64,000 nucleotides of DNA, from positions 480,001 to 544,000 of the forward strand of contig CAWBAN010000001.1 of the NCBI GenBank assembly GCA_963786935.1, written 5' to 3'. Below are positions 19,456 through 29,247 of this stretch, in pieces (the stretch's first letter is position 1; every line of letters starts with the position of its first letter). The notes under the pieces are model-generated. The model was given only the letters and a program-made list of their open reading frames with translations, had not been told where the DNA came from and did no database searches. This DNA comes from an uncultured bacterium. GTDB taxonomy: Bacteria; Krumholzibacteriota; Krumholzibacteriia; Krumholzibacteriales; Krumholzibacteriaceae. Position numbers and translations under genes: made by a program.

Positions 19456-22002
19456 TTGTCGGAACAGACGCTGCACCGGCTGCTCGCGTTCGCGGTTTTC
19501 CTGATACCGCTCGTCGTGTTCACGCTCACGATGGCGCCGACGCTCGTGTTCTGGGACAGCGGCGAGTTCATCGCGACGGCGTACATCCTCGGCATACCGC
19601 ACTCGCCGGGCACGCCCCTTTTCACCCTCGCCGGCCGGGTGTTCGCGATGCTGCCGCTGCCGATGGAGGCGGCGGCGCGCGTGAATTTCTTCTCCGTCCT
19701 GTGCGGCTCCCTCGCCGTGCTCATGGGCTTTCTGATCGCCGTCACCACGCTGCGGTTCATGTACCCCGCCCTCGGGGGTGGGCTCGGACGGTTCATGCTC
19801 TACGCCGGTCCGTTCGCGGGATCGATGTACCTCACCTTCAGCGATACGTTCTGGCGGGATTCGACCGAGGCGGAGGTCTACGCGCTCAACGCGTTCGTGA
19901 TGGGGCTGTGCACGTATCTGGCGCTCCTCTGGTACCGGAATCCAGCGGGGCGCTCACCGCGTCCCGCGGCGCCGGCTCCCGCGGGGGTGGGTTCCGACGA
20001 GGCGCGCCTCGAGCGCAGCCACTCGCGGGGGCTCGTCTATCTCATCATCTACCTGCTCGCGCTCGGCATCGGATTCCATCTCGGCACGGTGCTCGTGTAC
20101 GCCGGTATATTCCTCCTGTTCCTCCTCGTGCGGGAGAAGTCGTTCACGAACGCGGAAATCATCATCTATACGTTCGGGTTCGCCGTGATTCTCGCCGATA
20201 TGACGCTGCACCGGAACTCCGGCGTGACGATCGCGGGACTTCTCGCCTTCTCCGCGCTCATCGTCTGGAGCACCTCGAAGAACGGGCGTTTCACGCTCGC
20301 GGCGGCGGGGCTCCTCGCGCTCGGAATCTCCGTGCACCTGTACATGTACATCAGGTCGCACCTCGACCCGGGGATCGACATGGTCGATCCCGAGACCTGG
20401 AAGGCGATGTACGCGCACCTGCGCCGGGAGCAGTACCCGCCGATCAACATATTCGAACGCAAGGCGCCGCTTCTCTGGCAGTTCGGGCACTTCGCGAGGT
20501 ATTTCGGGAGTCAATTCAGGATGGCGGGGGACGCGTTCCTCGGCCCGCTGAACGGGGGGGCCGCGCTGACGGCGGTACCGATCGCGCTCGGCTTTTGGGG
20601 GATCGCGGCGAACTGGCTGCGGGAGCGCAAGCTCTGGGCGCTCAACTTCACGAACCTCTTCGTGAATTCCGTCGGCCTCATCGTCTTTCTCAATTTCTCG
20701 AACGCGGAAGTCCGCGAGCGCGATTATTTCTACGGCGTCGCGTTCTACTTCTTCGCGGTCTTCATCGGCATCGGCGTGACCGCGCTCCTCGCGGCGGTCG
20801 CGGCATGGGCGCATGAGAAGCGCCGGAGCGCGGCGTCGTACGCGGTGCCGGTCGGAGCGCTGTGCCTGTTCCTCTCGATTCTCCCGGCGCGGCACAACTG
20901 GTTCACGCACGACCGGTCGGACTTCTACATCGCGAACGACTACGGGCGCAACCTCGTCGCGGGTCTCGAGCCGAATGCGATTCTCTTCACGAACGGCGAC
21001 AACGACACCTATCCGCTCTGGTATATCCAGAACGTCGAGCGCTACCGGACCGACGTCTCGGTCATCAACCTGAGCCTCCTGCGCACCGACTGGTACATCC
21101 GGCAGCTCAGGGACCGGGACCCGAAGGTGCCCATCCGTCTCACCGACGAGGAGCTCGAACGCATGGAGCCGGTTCCCCTCAAGGGGGGCGGCATCGCGTG
21201 GAAGCACGATCTGCTCGTCCAGCACATCATCCGGGAGTCCGACTGGCGGCGCCCCGTTTACTTCGCGACGACCGTGCCGCTCGAAACGTGGCAGCCCTAC
21301 GCCAGCCACCTCGAGATGGAGGGAATGGTGCGCCGGCTCGTCCCGCGCGAGGGAGACAACCTGCTCAACACGTTCGCGCTCGAGCGGAACTTCGACGAGA
21401 TCTACCGGTTCCGGGGCGTTCTCACGAAGGACTGGCACGTTGACGACTCCGTCTACAAGGACGAGGATGCGCGGGGGATGTTCGTCAACTTCGCCGTCGC
21501 GATGGCGCAGCTCGCCCAGGAGAAGGCGGTCGAGCGGGATTTCGGCGACGCGATACGGCGGATGGAGATCGCGCTCCGGTTCGATCCGGACCTCAAGGCG
21601 GCGAACGTGCTCCTCGGCACGTACTTCCTGATGAACGACATGGAACAGAAGGCGATCGATCATTACATGCGGGTCATCCGGCGTAATCCGGGGGAGGGGG
21701 AATACTGGTCCCGGCTCGCCCGCGTCTACGAGTATAAGGATCAGAACGCGATCGCGCTCGAGACCGTGAACGACGGCATCGCCCGCGCGCCGGAGTTCAG
21801 GCAGATCTACCTCGACGGATTCCGCATCGCCGCGCGCCTCGGCAGGGCGGAAACGGCGAAGGACTACATCCGGCGGTGGCTCGATCGGCACCCGGAGGAT
21901 CAGGAGATGCGCGGCATCATGGCCGGAGCGGACCGGCTGCTCGAGGACGAATTCGGGCTCAAGCCCGGGAGCGGCCGGGCGGGGGAGAAGACAGGATCAT
22001 GA
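19456..22002 (+). CDS. DUF2723/TMEM260-like GT-C membrane protein with TPR-like repeats (copy 2)
   Basis: Same motifs as copy 1; TTG at 19456 aligns with the copy-1 start and has a similar upstream sequence (AAGAGGTACAAACGGA vs AAGGGGTACACACCG). Confidence 0.88.
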   Translation: MSEQTLHRLLAFAVFLIPLVVFTLTMAPTLVFWDSGEFIATAYILGIPHSPGTPLFTLAGRVFAMLPLPMEAAARVNFFSVLCGSLAVLMGFLIAVTTLRFMYPALGGGLGRFMLYAGPFAGSMYLTFSDTFWRDSTEAEVYALNAFVMGLCTYLALLWYRNPAGRSPRPAAPAPAGVGSDEARLERSHSRGLVYLIIYLLALGIGFHLGTVLVYAGIFLLFLLVREKSFTNAEIIIYTFGFAVILADMTLHRNSGVTIAGLLAFSALIVWSTSKNGRFTLAAAGLLALGISVHLYMYIRSHLDPGIDMVDPETWKAMYAHLRREQYPPINIFERKAPLLWQFGHFARYFGSQFRMAGDAFLGPLNGGAALTAVPIALGFWGIAANWLRERKLWALNFTNLFVNSVGLIVFLNFSNAEVRERDYFYGVAFYFFAVFIGIGVTALLAAVAAWAHEKRRSAASYAVPVGALCLFLSILPARHNWFTHDRSDFYIANDYGRNLVAGLEPNAILFTNGDNDTYPLWYIQNVERYRTDVSVINLSLLRTDWYIRQLRDRDPKVPIRLTDEELERMEPVPLKGGGIAWKHDLLVQHIIRESDWRRPVYFATTVPLETWQPYASHLEMEGMVRRLVPREGDNLLNTFALERNFDEIYRFRGVLTKDWHVDDSVYKDEDARGMFVNFAVAMAQLAQEKAVERDFGDAIRRMEIALRFDPDLKAANVLLGTYFLMNDMEQKAIDHYMRVIRRNPGEGEYWSRLARVYEYKDQNAIALETVNDGIARAPEFRQIYLDGFRIAARLGRAETAKDYIRRWLDRHPEDQEMRGIMAGADRLLEDEFGLKPGSGRAGEKTGS

Positions 22003-22973
22003 AGGGAAAAGCCGTCGTGACGGGAGCCGCGGGATTCATCGGCTCCCATCTCTGCGAGCGTCTCCTCGACGACGGGTTCGAGGTCCTCGCCGTTGATTCG
22101 TTCACCGACTACTACAGCCCGGACCGGAAGCGGCTGCATATCGCCCCGTGCGCCGGAAGATCCGGCTTCACGCTCGTCGAGGAGAATCTCGCGACGTGCG
22201 ACGTCCCCCGCCTCATCGAGGGCGCCTCGTGCGTGTTTCACCTCGCGGCCCAGGCCGGCGTGCGGAAGAGCTGGGGCGGGGAGTTCGCGCGGTACATCGA
22301 ATCGAACATTCTCGCCACGCAGCGGCTCCTCGAGGCGCTCAAGGAGCGCCGCTCGATCCCGCTCGTTCATTCGAGCTCGAGCTCGGTGTACGGCGAGACC
22401 CGCGTGCTCCCCATGCGGGAGGATCATCCGACGGTCCCCCTCTCTCCCTACGGCGCGACGAAGCTCTCGGGGGAGCACCTCTGCGAGCTCTACCGCCTCA
22501 ACTACGGGATCACGTATCGAGCGCTCCGATATTTCACCGTGTACGGGCCGCGGCAGCGACCCGACATGGCGTTCAGCCGCTTCATCACCGCCTCGCTCGA
22601 GGGCGCGTCGATCGAGGTGTACGGCGACGGCCGGCAGACGCGCGATTTCACTTTTGTCGCCGACGCCGTCGAGGCGAATATCCGCGCGATGCGGTACGAG
22701 GGGCCGCTCGCGGTGTTCAATATCGGAGGGGGGAGCCGCGCGTCGGTCCTCGACGTTCTCGACATCCTCGGCCGGGAGCTCGGGGGGAGGCTCGACGCCC
22801 GGTTCGTCGACAAGGCGAAGGGGGACGTGACCGACACGTGGGCCGACACGACGCGAGCGCGGGACGAGCTCGGATTCCAGCCCCGCGTGAGCCTCGACGA
22901 GGGGCTTCGCCGCGAGATCGAGTGGTACCGGAACTATCACCGGTCCTCTGAAGGGAGGAGGCGCTCCTCATGA
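21999..22973 (+). CDS. NAD-dependent nucleotide-sugar epimerase (UDP-glucuronate/glucose 4-epimerase-like)
   Basis: TGAAGFIGSH, HLAAQAGVR, YGATK, RYFTVYGPRQRPDMA. Confidence 0.92.
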   Translation: MKGKAVVTGAAGFIGSHLCERLLDDGFEVLAVDSFTDYYSPDRKRLHIAPCAGRSGFTLVEENLATCDVPRLIEGASCVFHLAAQAGVRKSWGGEFARYIESNILATQRLLEALKERRSIPLVHSSSSSVYGETRVLPMREDHPTVPLSPYGATKLSGEHLCELYRLNYGITYRALRYFTVYGPRQRPDMAFSRFITASLEGASIEVYGDGRQTRDFTFVADAVEANIRAMRYEGPLAVFNIGGGSRASVLDVLDILGRELGGRLDARFVDKAKGDVTDTWADTTRARDELGFQPRVSLDEGLRREIEWYRNYHRSSEGRRRSS

Positions 22974-23911
22974 GCGAGAAATCGAAGTATTTCGGCACGG
23001 TCGTCATTCCGCTCCTCAACGAAGAGGCCAGCCTGCCGGAGCTCTACCGGCAGCTCACGTCGGTCATGGAACGGGCGTTCGCCGCGCACGAGATCATCTT
23101 CGTCGACGACGGCTCGACGGACGGATCGCTCGGCGTGCTGCGTGAGCTCCGCGGCCGGGATCCGCGCGTGAAGATCATCTCGTTCAAGCGCAACTACGGC
23201 AAATCGGCCGCGCTCTCGGAAGGGTTCAATGCGTCCCGGGGAGACGTCGTCATCACGATCGACGCCGATCTGCAGGACAATCCCGAGGAGATCCCCGAGC
23301 TCGTCGCCAAGCTCGACGAGGGGTACGACCTCGTCTCCGGATGGAAGATGCAGCGCAAGGATCCGATCACGAAAACGCTCCCCTCGAGATTCTTCAACTT
23401 CGTGACGTCGCTCGCGAGCGGCATCAAGATCCACGATTTCAACTGCGGGCTCAAGTGCTACCGCGGCGAGGTCGTCAAGCGGATCTCGGTCTACGGCGAG
23501 CTCCACCGGTTCATCCCGGTCATCGCCGGTTGGGAGGGCTTCCGGGTGACCGAGAAGAAGGTGACGCATTTCGAACGGAAATACGGGCAGAGCAAGTTCG
23601 GCGCGGCGCGTTTTCTCAACGGGATGTTCGATCTCGCGACGGTCATGTTCCTCACGCGCCGCTCGACCTCGCCGCTCCATTTCTTCGGGCGCGTCGCGTT
23701 CGCCTTCTTCGCGGTCGGCGGTTTCATCACGCTCTATTTCGTGATACTCTGGCTCGCCGGAAGAGGCCTGCACGTGCGTCCCCTCATGGTGGGCGGCCTC
23801 GTCATGATCGTGATCGCGATCCAGATCGGATCGTTCGGCCTCCTCGCGGAGCTGTTCACCTCGAAGGCCGAGAGAACCTTCGCCTATCGCGAGTACCGGA
23901 TCGATGACTAG
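22970..23911 (+). CDS. GT2 polyprenyl-phosphate glycosyltransferase (ArnC/GtrB-like)
   Basis: VDDGSTD, IDADLQD, DFNCGLKCYR, two C-terminal TM helices. Confidence 0.9.
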   Translation: MSEKSKYFGTVVIPLLNEEASLPELYRQLTSVMERAFAAHEIIFVDDGSTDGSLGVLRELRGRDPRVKIISFKRNYGKSAALSEGFNASRGDVVITIDADLQDNPEEIPELVAKLDEGYDLVSGWKMQRKDPITKTLPSRFFNFVTSLASGIKIHDFNCGLKCYRGEVVKRISVYGELHRFIPVIAGWEGFRVTEKKVTHFERKYGQSKFGAARFLNGMFDLATVMFLTRRSTSPLHFFGRVAFAFFAVGGFITLYFVILWLAGRGLHVRPLMVGGLVMIVIAIQIGSFGLLAELFTSKAERTFAYREYRIDD

Positions 23912-25061
23912 GGGCAACGAGAAACACCGGTTCTGTCTCATCGGCCCGACGTATCCGTACCGGGGCGGCATTTCGCATTACAACACCTGCCTCATCCGGG
24001 CGCTCACCGCGTCGGGCGACGTGCGCGCGATCAATTTCAAGCGGCTCTATCCCGGATTCCTCTTTCCGGGCACGACGCAGCTCGACGAGAGCGAGCGTCC
24101 CCTGACGGCCGAATCCGAGCGGCTCATCGATTCGATCAATCCCTTCACGTGGATCGGGGCGGGCGTGCGCGCCGCGCGCGGCAAACCCGATCTCGTGCTC
24201 GTGCAGTGGTGGCATCCCTTCTTCGCGCCGGCCGTGTTCACCGTATGCGCCGCGCTGAAGCTCGCCCGCCGCGGGAAAATCGTTTTCATCTGCCACAACG
24301 TGCTCCCGCACGAGCGCTCACTCGTCGACCGCTGCCTCGCGGCGCTCGCGTTCTCCGTCGCGGACGGATTCTTCGTCCAGTCGCGGGAGGATCGCGACAA
24401 GCTGCTCCGGATGCGCCGGAACGCCGCCGTCGTCGTCCATCCGCATCCGATCTACGATTTCTTCGGCACGGGGAGCCTGACGCGGGAAGCGGCGCGGGAG
24501 CGGATCGGCGAGCCGGCCGGGCCGCTGCTCCTCTTCTTCGGCTACGTCCGCGGCTACAAGGGGCTTTCGCACCTCATCGAGGCGATGCCGCTCGTCCGCC
24601 GGCGCGTGCCGGCGAGGCTCCTCGTCGTCGGCGAGTTCTACGACGATCCCGCGCCGTACGCGGCGCTCGTCGATCGGCTCGGGCTCCGGGACGCCGTCCG
24701 TTTCGAGAACCGCTACGTCGGGAACGAGGAGGTCGAGGGCTTCTTCGCCGCGAGCGACCTCGTCGTCCTCCCGTACGTCTCGGCGACGCAGAGCGGGATC
24801 GTGCAGATCGCCTTCGCCTCGAATCGTCCCGTCGTCGTGACGGACGTCGGGGGCCTTCCCGAAGCCGTTGTTCCCGGGAAGACCGGCTTCGTCGTTCCGC
24901 CGCGGGATCCGGCCGCCCTCGCCGGGGCGATCGTGCGGTTCTTCGAGGAGGGATGGGCGGCGCGGATGGCCCCCTCGTTCGAGGCGGAGCGCGCGCGGTT
25001 CTCCTGGAGCGCGATGGTCGAGGCGGTCGACGCTCTCGCGCGGCGGATCGGGAGCTGGTGA
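23904..25061 (+). CDS. GT4 glycosyltransferase
   Basis: YRGGISHY, FFGYVRGYKG, LPYVSATQSG, TDVGGLPE. Confidence 0.9.
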   Translation: MTRGNEKHRFCLIGPTYPYRGGISHYNTCLIRALTASGDVRAINFKRLYPGFLFPGTTQLDESERPLTAESERLIDSINPFTWIGAGVRAARGKPDLVLVQWWHPFFAPAVFTVCAALKLARRGKIVFICHNVLPHERSLVDRCLAALAFSVADGFFVQSREDRDKLLRMRRNAAVVVHPHPIYDFFGTGSLTREAARERIGEPAGPLLLFFGYVRGYKGLSHLIEAMPLVRRRVPARLLVVGEFYDDPAPYAALVDRLGLRDAVRFENRYVGNEEVEGFFAASDLVVLPYVSATQSGIVQIAFASNRPVVVTDVGGLPEAVVPGKTGFVVPPRDPAALAGAIVRFFEEGWAARMAPSFEAERARFSWSAMVEAVDALARRIGSW

Positions 25062-25954
25062 GCGTGAAGGCCGATCGGACCATATACGTGATCGTGCTCA
25101 ACTGGAACGGGAAGGCGGTTCTCGGGCCGTGCCTCGAGTCCCTCGCCCGCGTGCGCGATCCGCGCCTCGAGATCATCGTCGTCGACAACGCCTCGAGCGA
25201 CGGCTCGGCGGAGATCGCGCGCCGCGCGGCGGGGAGCGTCGAGCTGATCGTGAACGACCGCAACCTCCTCTTCGCCGAAGGGAACAACGTGGGGCTGCGG
25301 CGCGCGCTGGAGCGCGGCGGCTCGCTCGTTCTCCTGTTGAACAACGATACCGTCGTCGATCAATCCTTCGCCGAGCGGATGCTCGAGGCGCTCGAGCGCG
25401 ATCCGGCGGCCGGCATCGTGGGACCGAAGATAGTCTACGACGACGACCCGAGGCGGCTGTGGTACGGGGGCGGCGGTTTCGTGCCCCTCGCCTGGGTGCC
25501 GAAGCACGAGAACATACGGAAGCTCGACGGATCGTTTCCGGAACGCGCGGGGGAGACCGCGTGGGTCACCGGCTGCGCGATGCTCGTGAAGCGCGAGGTG
25601 ATCGACGCCGTCGGTTTCCTTGATCCGTCGTATACGATCTACTGCGAGGACGTCGACTTCTGCCTCCGGGCGCGCGGCGCCGGATGGAAATGCCTCTACG
25701 AGCCGCGCGCGCTCGTGCGGCACAAGGTGAGCTCCTCGAGCGGCGGCGGCATGACGCCGTTCAAGCTCGAGCACCGGATCGCGAGCACGTTCCGGCTCTT
25801 CGGGCGATACCGGTCGCTCTGCTGGCGGATTCTCATGGGGCCCCTGCAGGGGTGCGCGTTCGTGCTGCTCGTGGCGGCGCTCCTCGCCGGCGGCCGGTTC
25901 GGCCTCGCGCGGGGCGCCGTGCGCGGGGCCTGGCGCGTCGTCCGCGGGAAATAA
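25058..25954 (+). CDS. GT2 glycosyltransferase (rhamnosyltransferase-like)
   Basis: IVLNWNG, VDNASSD, LLNND, TGCAML, YCEDVDF. Confidence 0.9.
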   Translation: MSVKADRTIYVIVLNWNGKAVLGPCLESLARVRDPRLEIIVVDNASSDGSAEIARRAAGSVELIVNDRNLLFAEGNNVGLRRALERGGSLVLLLNNDTVVDQSFAERMLEALERDPAAGIVGPKIVYDDDPRRLWYGGGGFVPLAWVPKHENIRKLDGSFPERAGETAWVTGCAMLVKREVIDAVGFLDPSYTIYCEDVDFCLRARGAGWKCLYEPRALVRHKVSSSSGGGMTPFKLEHRIASTFRLFGRYRSLCWRILMGPLQGCAFVLLVAALLAGGRFGLARGAVRGAWRVVRGK

Positions 25955-25981
25955 GGCCATAAGGTCAGCAATGCAAAGGCT

Positions 25982-26010
25982 TTGCTCGAACGGGCAAAAT
26001 CTGTTAGACT
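25982..26010 (+). promoter_or_regulatory. putative sigma70 promoter for YfhO-like gene
   Basis: TTGCTC-17bp-TAGACT with TG extension; SD GGAGG at 26025. Confidence 0.55.
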
Positions 26011-26035
26011 TGAAATAACCCGACGGAGGTTTCGG

Positions 26036-28504
26036 TTGAAAAAAGCATCAACCGCGCCGGCGCACGCCCCGGGCATCGGAGCGCTCGAGCTGCTCGAGAC
26101 CGGCGCTTCATGGCGGCGGGGGCTCGTGCTCGCCGCGATTCTCGTCATCGTGCTCTGCGCGCTCATGGGGGACGTCGTCTTCCGGAACCGGATCTTCGAC
26201 GTTCCCGATTCCCAGGCGCCCCTGAGCTTCGCCGCGGTGGGGGAGAAGGCGCTGCGGGACGGCGCCTACCCTCTCTGGAATCCGTACCTCTTCTGCGGGA
26301 TGCCGAGCTACGCGAGTCTCTCCTTCACGCCATACGTGTATCCCCCGGCGTACGTGACCTATCTCCTCCAGCGGTACCTCGGTTTCCCCGAGATGACCTG
26401 GCTCCTGTTCCACTATCTGCTCGCGGGCGCCGGCATGTATCTGCTCGCCCGTTTCCTCGGCGCGCGTTCGTCCGTGTCGATCCTCGCCGGCGTCGCCTTC
26501 ATGGTCATGCCCAACTTCGTCGCCATCGGCGCGTACGGCCACGGCTCGCAGGCGGGATCGATCGCCTACATGCCTTTCGCGCTCCTCTTCGCGTGGCGCC
26601 TGCTGCGGGGGGAGCGGCGCCTCCTGATGGCGGCGCTGCTGGCGATCGCGCTCGGGTTCCAGATGCTCCGCGGCCACGTGCAGATCGCCTATTACACGTA
26701 TCTCCTCATCGGTCTGCTGTTCCTCTTCGAGGCGGTCGCGCTCCTGCGCGCGCGGCGCGCGCGCGAGGTCGCCGCCGGCGCGGCGTATCTCGCCGCCGCG
26801 GTGATCCTCGCCGTGGGAATCGCAGCCGTGCTCCTCGTTCCCGTGCGGCAATACGCGGCGTACTCGATCAGGGGAGGGGGCGGCTCGGGCGGGCTCGACT
26901 ACGGCTACGCGACGAACTGGAGCCTCCACCCGAAGGAGATGCTCACCTTCGTCTTCCCGTGGGCCTTCGGCTACGGCGCGCCGACCTACTGGGGAGCGAT
27001 GCCGTTCACGAACTATCCGAACTATCTCGGCGTCGTGACCATCGCCTTCGGCCTCTTCGCCTGCTGGTACGCGCGGAGCCGCCGGATGTGGTTCCTCGTC
27101 GCGGCGATCGTTTTCGCGACCGTGCTGGCGTTCGGCAAATACCTTCCGCTCCTCTACGGCCCCATGTTCAAGTGGTTTCCGTACTTCAACAAGTTCCGGG
27201 TTCCCGTCATGGCGCTCATTATCCAGCAGCTCGCCGCGGTCGCCGCGATGGCGATCGGGCTCGAGGAATTCTTGAAACGCCGCGACGAGAAGCGGCTGCC
27301 CCGCTGGCTCGGGCCGGGGAAGGCGCAGTGGGTGCTCGTCGGCGCCGCGATCGCCTTCGTCCTCGCGCTGCTCGCGAGCGGCGCCGTCAAGAGCGGCGTC
27401 GCCCGGAATCCCGCCGTCGCGTCGAGGCTCTCCGGGGCGGCGCTCGATCTCGCCTCCTCCGCGTACGCGGCGAATCTGCTGAAGACCCTCGGCATCGCAC
27501 TCGTCGTATGCCTCGTCGCGTTTCTCGCCGTGTCGCGCCGGATTCTCGCGAACACCGTGGTGCTCGCGCTCGCGATCGTCACCGCCTTCGATCTCTTCAT
27601 GGCGGACGGGAACATCCTGCATCCCGAGAAGGGCTGGCCGGGATCAAAGCCGATCATCGCCGAGAAGAGCGCGCGCGAGGAGCTCGCGCGCCCCGACGCG
27701 GTGACCGACTTCCTGAAGGCCGACACGACGCTCTACCGCCTGTTCCCGGTGCCCGCGGCCCAGCTCGGGCAGTGGGGGTACAGCTCGCCGCTCTTCAGCG
27801 AGAACCGCTTCATGACCTTCGGCATCTCGTCGCTCGGGGGCTACCACGCGGCGAAGCTGAACAGCTACCAGGACGTCATGAACGAGATGTTCGCCGCGTT
27901 CAACGAGGGCTCCTACCCGGCGGCGATCCTTGACATGCTCAACGCGAAGTACTTCTACGCGGTCTTCCCGCTCTTCCGCGAGGGCTCGCCATTCCCCCTC
28001 GCGCTGCAGACCGGAGACGCGTACGTGTACGAGAATCCGCGCGCGCTCCCGCGCGCGTTCTGCGTCGATACGTTCCGCGTGCTTCCGCCGCGCGAGGCGC
28101 TCGCCGCGCTCCGCGCGCCCTGGTTCGATCCGTCGCGGATGGCGATCCTGAACGAAGAGCCGGCGGTGCGCCCCGTGTCCGCCGCCGGATCGAGCGCGCG
28201 GATCACCGAATACGGCCTCAACGCGATCTCGATCGCGGCGCATATCGAGCGATCGTGCATCCTCGTCGTGAGCGAGATCGCCTATCCCGACTGGCACGCG
28301 GAGGTGGACGGGAAGGAAGCGCGGATCCTCACGGCGAACTACTGCCTGCGCGCGGTGCCGCTTCCGCCGGGGGATCACGAGATACGGATGCGCTTCTCCT
28401 CCCGCGCGCTCCGCGCATCCCTCATGGTCTCGATCGCGAGCCTCGCCGCGGCCGCCCTGGTCCCCGCCGTTCAGGGAGTCGCGCGCGCTCGGAGAAAGAG
28501 GTAG
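26036..28504 (+). CDS. YfhO-family GT-C membrane protein
   Basis: PLWNPYLFCGMP, GHVQIAYY, FNKFRVP, GGYHAAKL, ENPRALPRA, YPDW..DG, LPPGDHEI; TTG start after GGAGG. Confidence 0.87.
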   Translation: MKKASTAPAHAPGIGALELLETGASWRRGLVLAAILVIVLCALMGDVVFRNRIFDVPDSQAPLSFAAVGEKALRDGAYPLWNPYLFCGMPSYASLSFTPYVYPPAYVTYLLQRYLGFPEMTWLLFHYLLAGAGMYLLARFLGARSSVSILAGVAFMVMPNFVAIGAYGHGSQAGSIAYMPFALLFAWRLLRGERRLLMAALLAIALGFQMLRGHVQIAYYTYLLIGLLFLFEAVALLRARRAREVAAGAAYLAAAVILAVGIAAVLLVPVRQYAAYSIRGGGGSGGLDYGYATNWSLHPKEMLTFVFPWAFGYGAPTYWGAMPFTNYPNYLGVVTIAFGLFACWYARSRRMWFLVAAIVFATVLAFGKYLPLLYGPMFKWFPYFNKFRVPVMALIIQQLAAVAAMAIGLEEFLKRRDEKRLPRWLGPGKAQWVLVGAAIAFVLALLASGAVKSGVARNPAVASRLSGAALDLASSAYAANLLKTLGIALVVCLVAFLAVSRRILANTVVLALAIVTAFDLFMADGNILHPEKGWPGSKPIIAEKSAREELARPDAVTDFLKADTTLYRLFPVPAAQLGQWGYSSPLFSENRFMTFGISSLGGYHAAKLNSYQDVMNEMFAAFNEGSYPAAILDMLNAKYFYAVFPLFREGSPFPLALQTGDAYVYENPRALPRAFCVDTFRVLPPREALAALRAPWFDPSRMAILNEEPAVRPVSAAGSSARITEYGLNAISIAAHIERSCILVVSEIAYPDWHAEVDGKEARILTANYCLRAVPLPPGDHEIRMRFSSRALRASLMVSIASLAAAALVPAVQGVARARRKR

Positions 28505-28508
28505 TCGC

Positions 28509-29228
28509 GTGGAAAGCCTCGTCGTCATGCCGACCTACAACGAGAAGGAGAACATCGCCGAGATCGTCGGCGCCGTGCTCAAGCTCGGTCGCGGCATCGA
28601 GATGCTCGTCATCGACGACAACTCGCCCGACGGCACCGGCGCCATCGTCGACGGGCTGGCCGCCGCCGATCCGAGGATCCACGTGATCCACCGGCCGGGG
28701 AAGCTCGGGCTCGGCTCGGCGTACATCACGGGCTTCAAATGGGCGATCGCGAACACCGGCGCGAAGTACGTGTTCGAGATGGACGCGGATTTCTCGCACG
28801 ATCCGAACGCGATCCCCCAGTTCCTCGACGCGATCGCGTCGAACGACCTCGTGATCGGTTCGCGGTATATCCGGGGAATTTCGGTGGTGAACTGGCCGCT
28901 CGAGCGCCTCATCCTGAGCTACGCCGCGAACAAATACACGCACTGGGTCACCGGGCTGCCCATCAGGGACGCGACGGGGGGATTCAAGTGCTTCCGGCGC
29001 GAGGTGCTCGAAGCGCTCCCGCTCGACCGGATCAGGAGCGACGGGTATTCCTTCCAGATCGAGGTCAATTTCTACTGCTGGAAGAAAGGGTTCCGGATCG
29101 CGGAGATCCCGATTCTCTTCGTCGACCGGCGCGTCGGGATCTCGAAGATGTCGAAGAAGATCGTCAGGGAAGCGGCGTTCATGATCTGGCGGCTGCGCTT
29201 CATGAGCCCGCGGCGGTGGCGTTCGTAA
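28509..29228 (+). CDS. polyprenol monophosphomannose synthase-like GT2 (Ppm1/Dpm1 type)
   Basis: PTYNEKENI, DDNSPDGTG, KLGLGSAY, EMDADFSHDP, DATGGFKCFR, GYSFQIE. Confidence 0.9.
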   Translation: MESLVVMPTYNEKENIAEIVGAVLKLGRGIEMLVIDDNSPDGTGAIVDGLAAADPRIHVIHRPGKLGLGSAYITGFKWAIANTGAKYVFEMDADFSHDPNAIPQFLDAIASNDLVIGSRYIRGISVVNWPLERLILSYAANKYTHWVTGLPIRDATGGFKCFRREVLEALPLDRIRSDGYSFQIEVNFYCWKKGFRIAEIPILFVDRRVGISKMSKKIVREAAFMIWRLRFMSPRRWRS

Positions 29229-29247
29229 CGCCGCCGGGGGAACGGGG

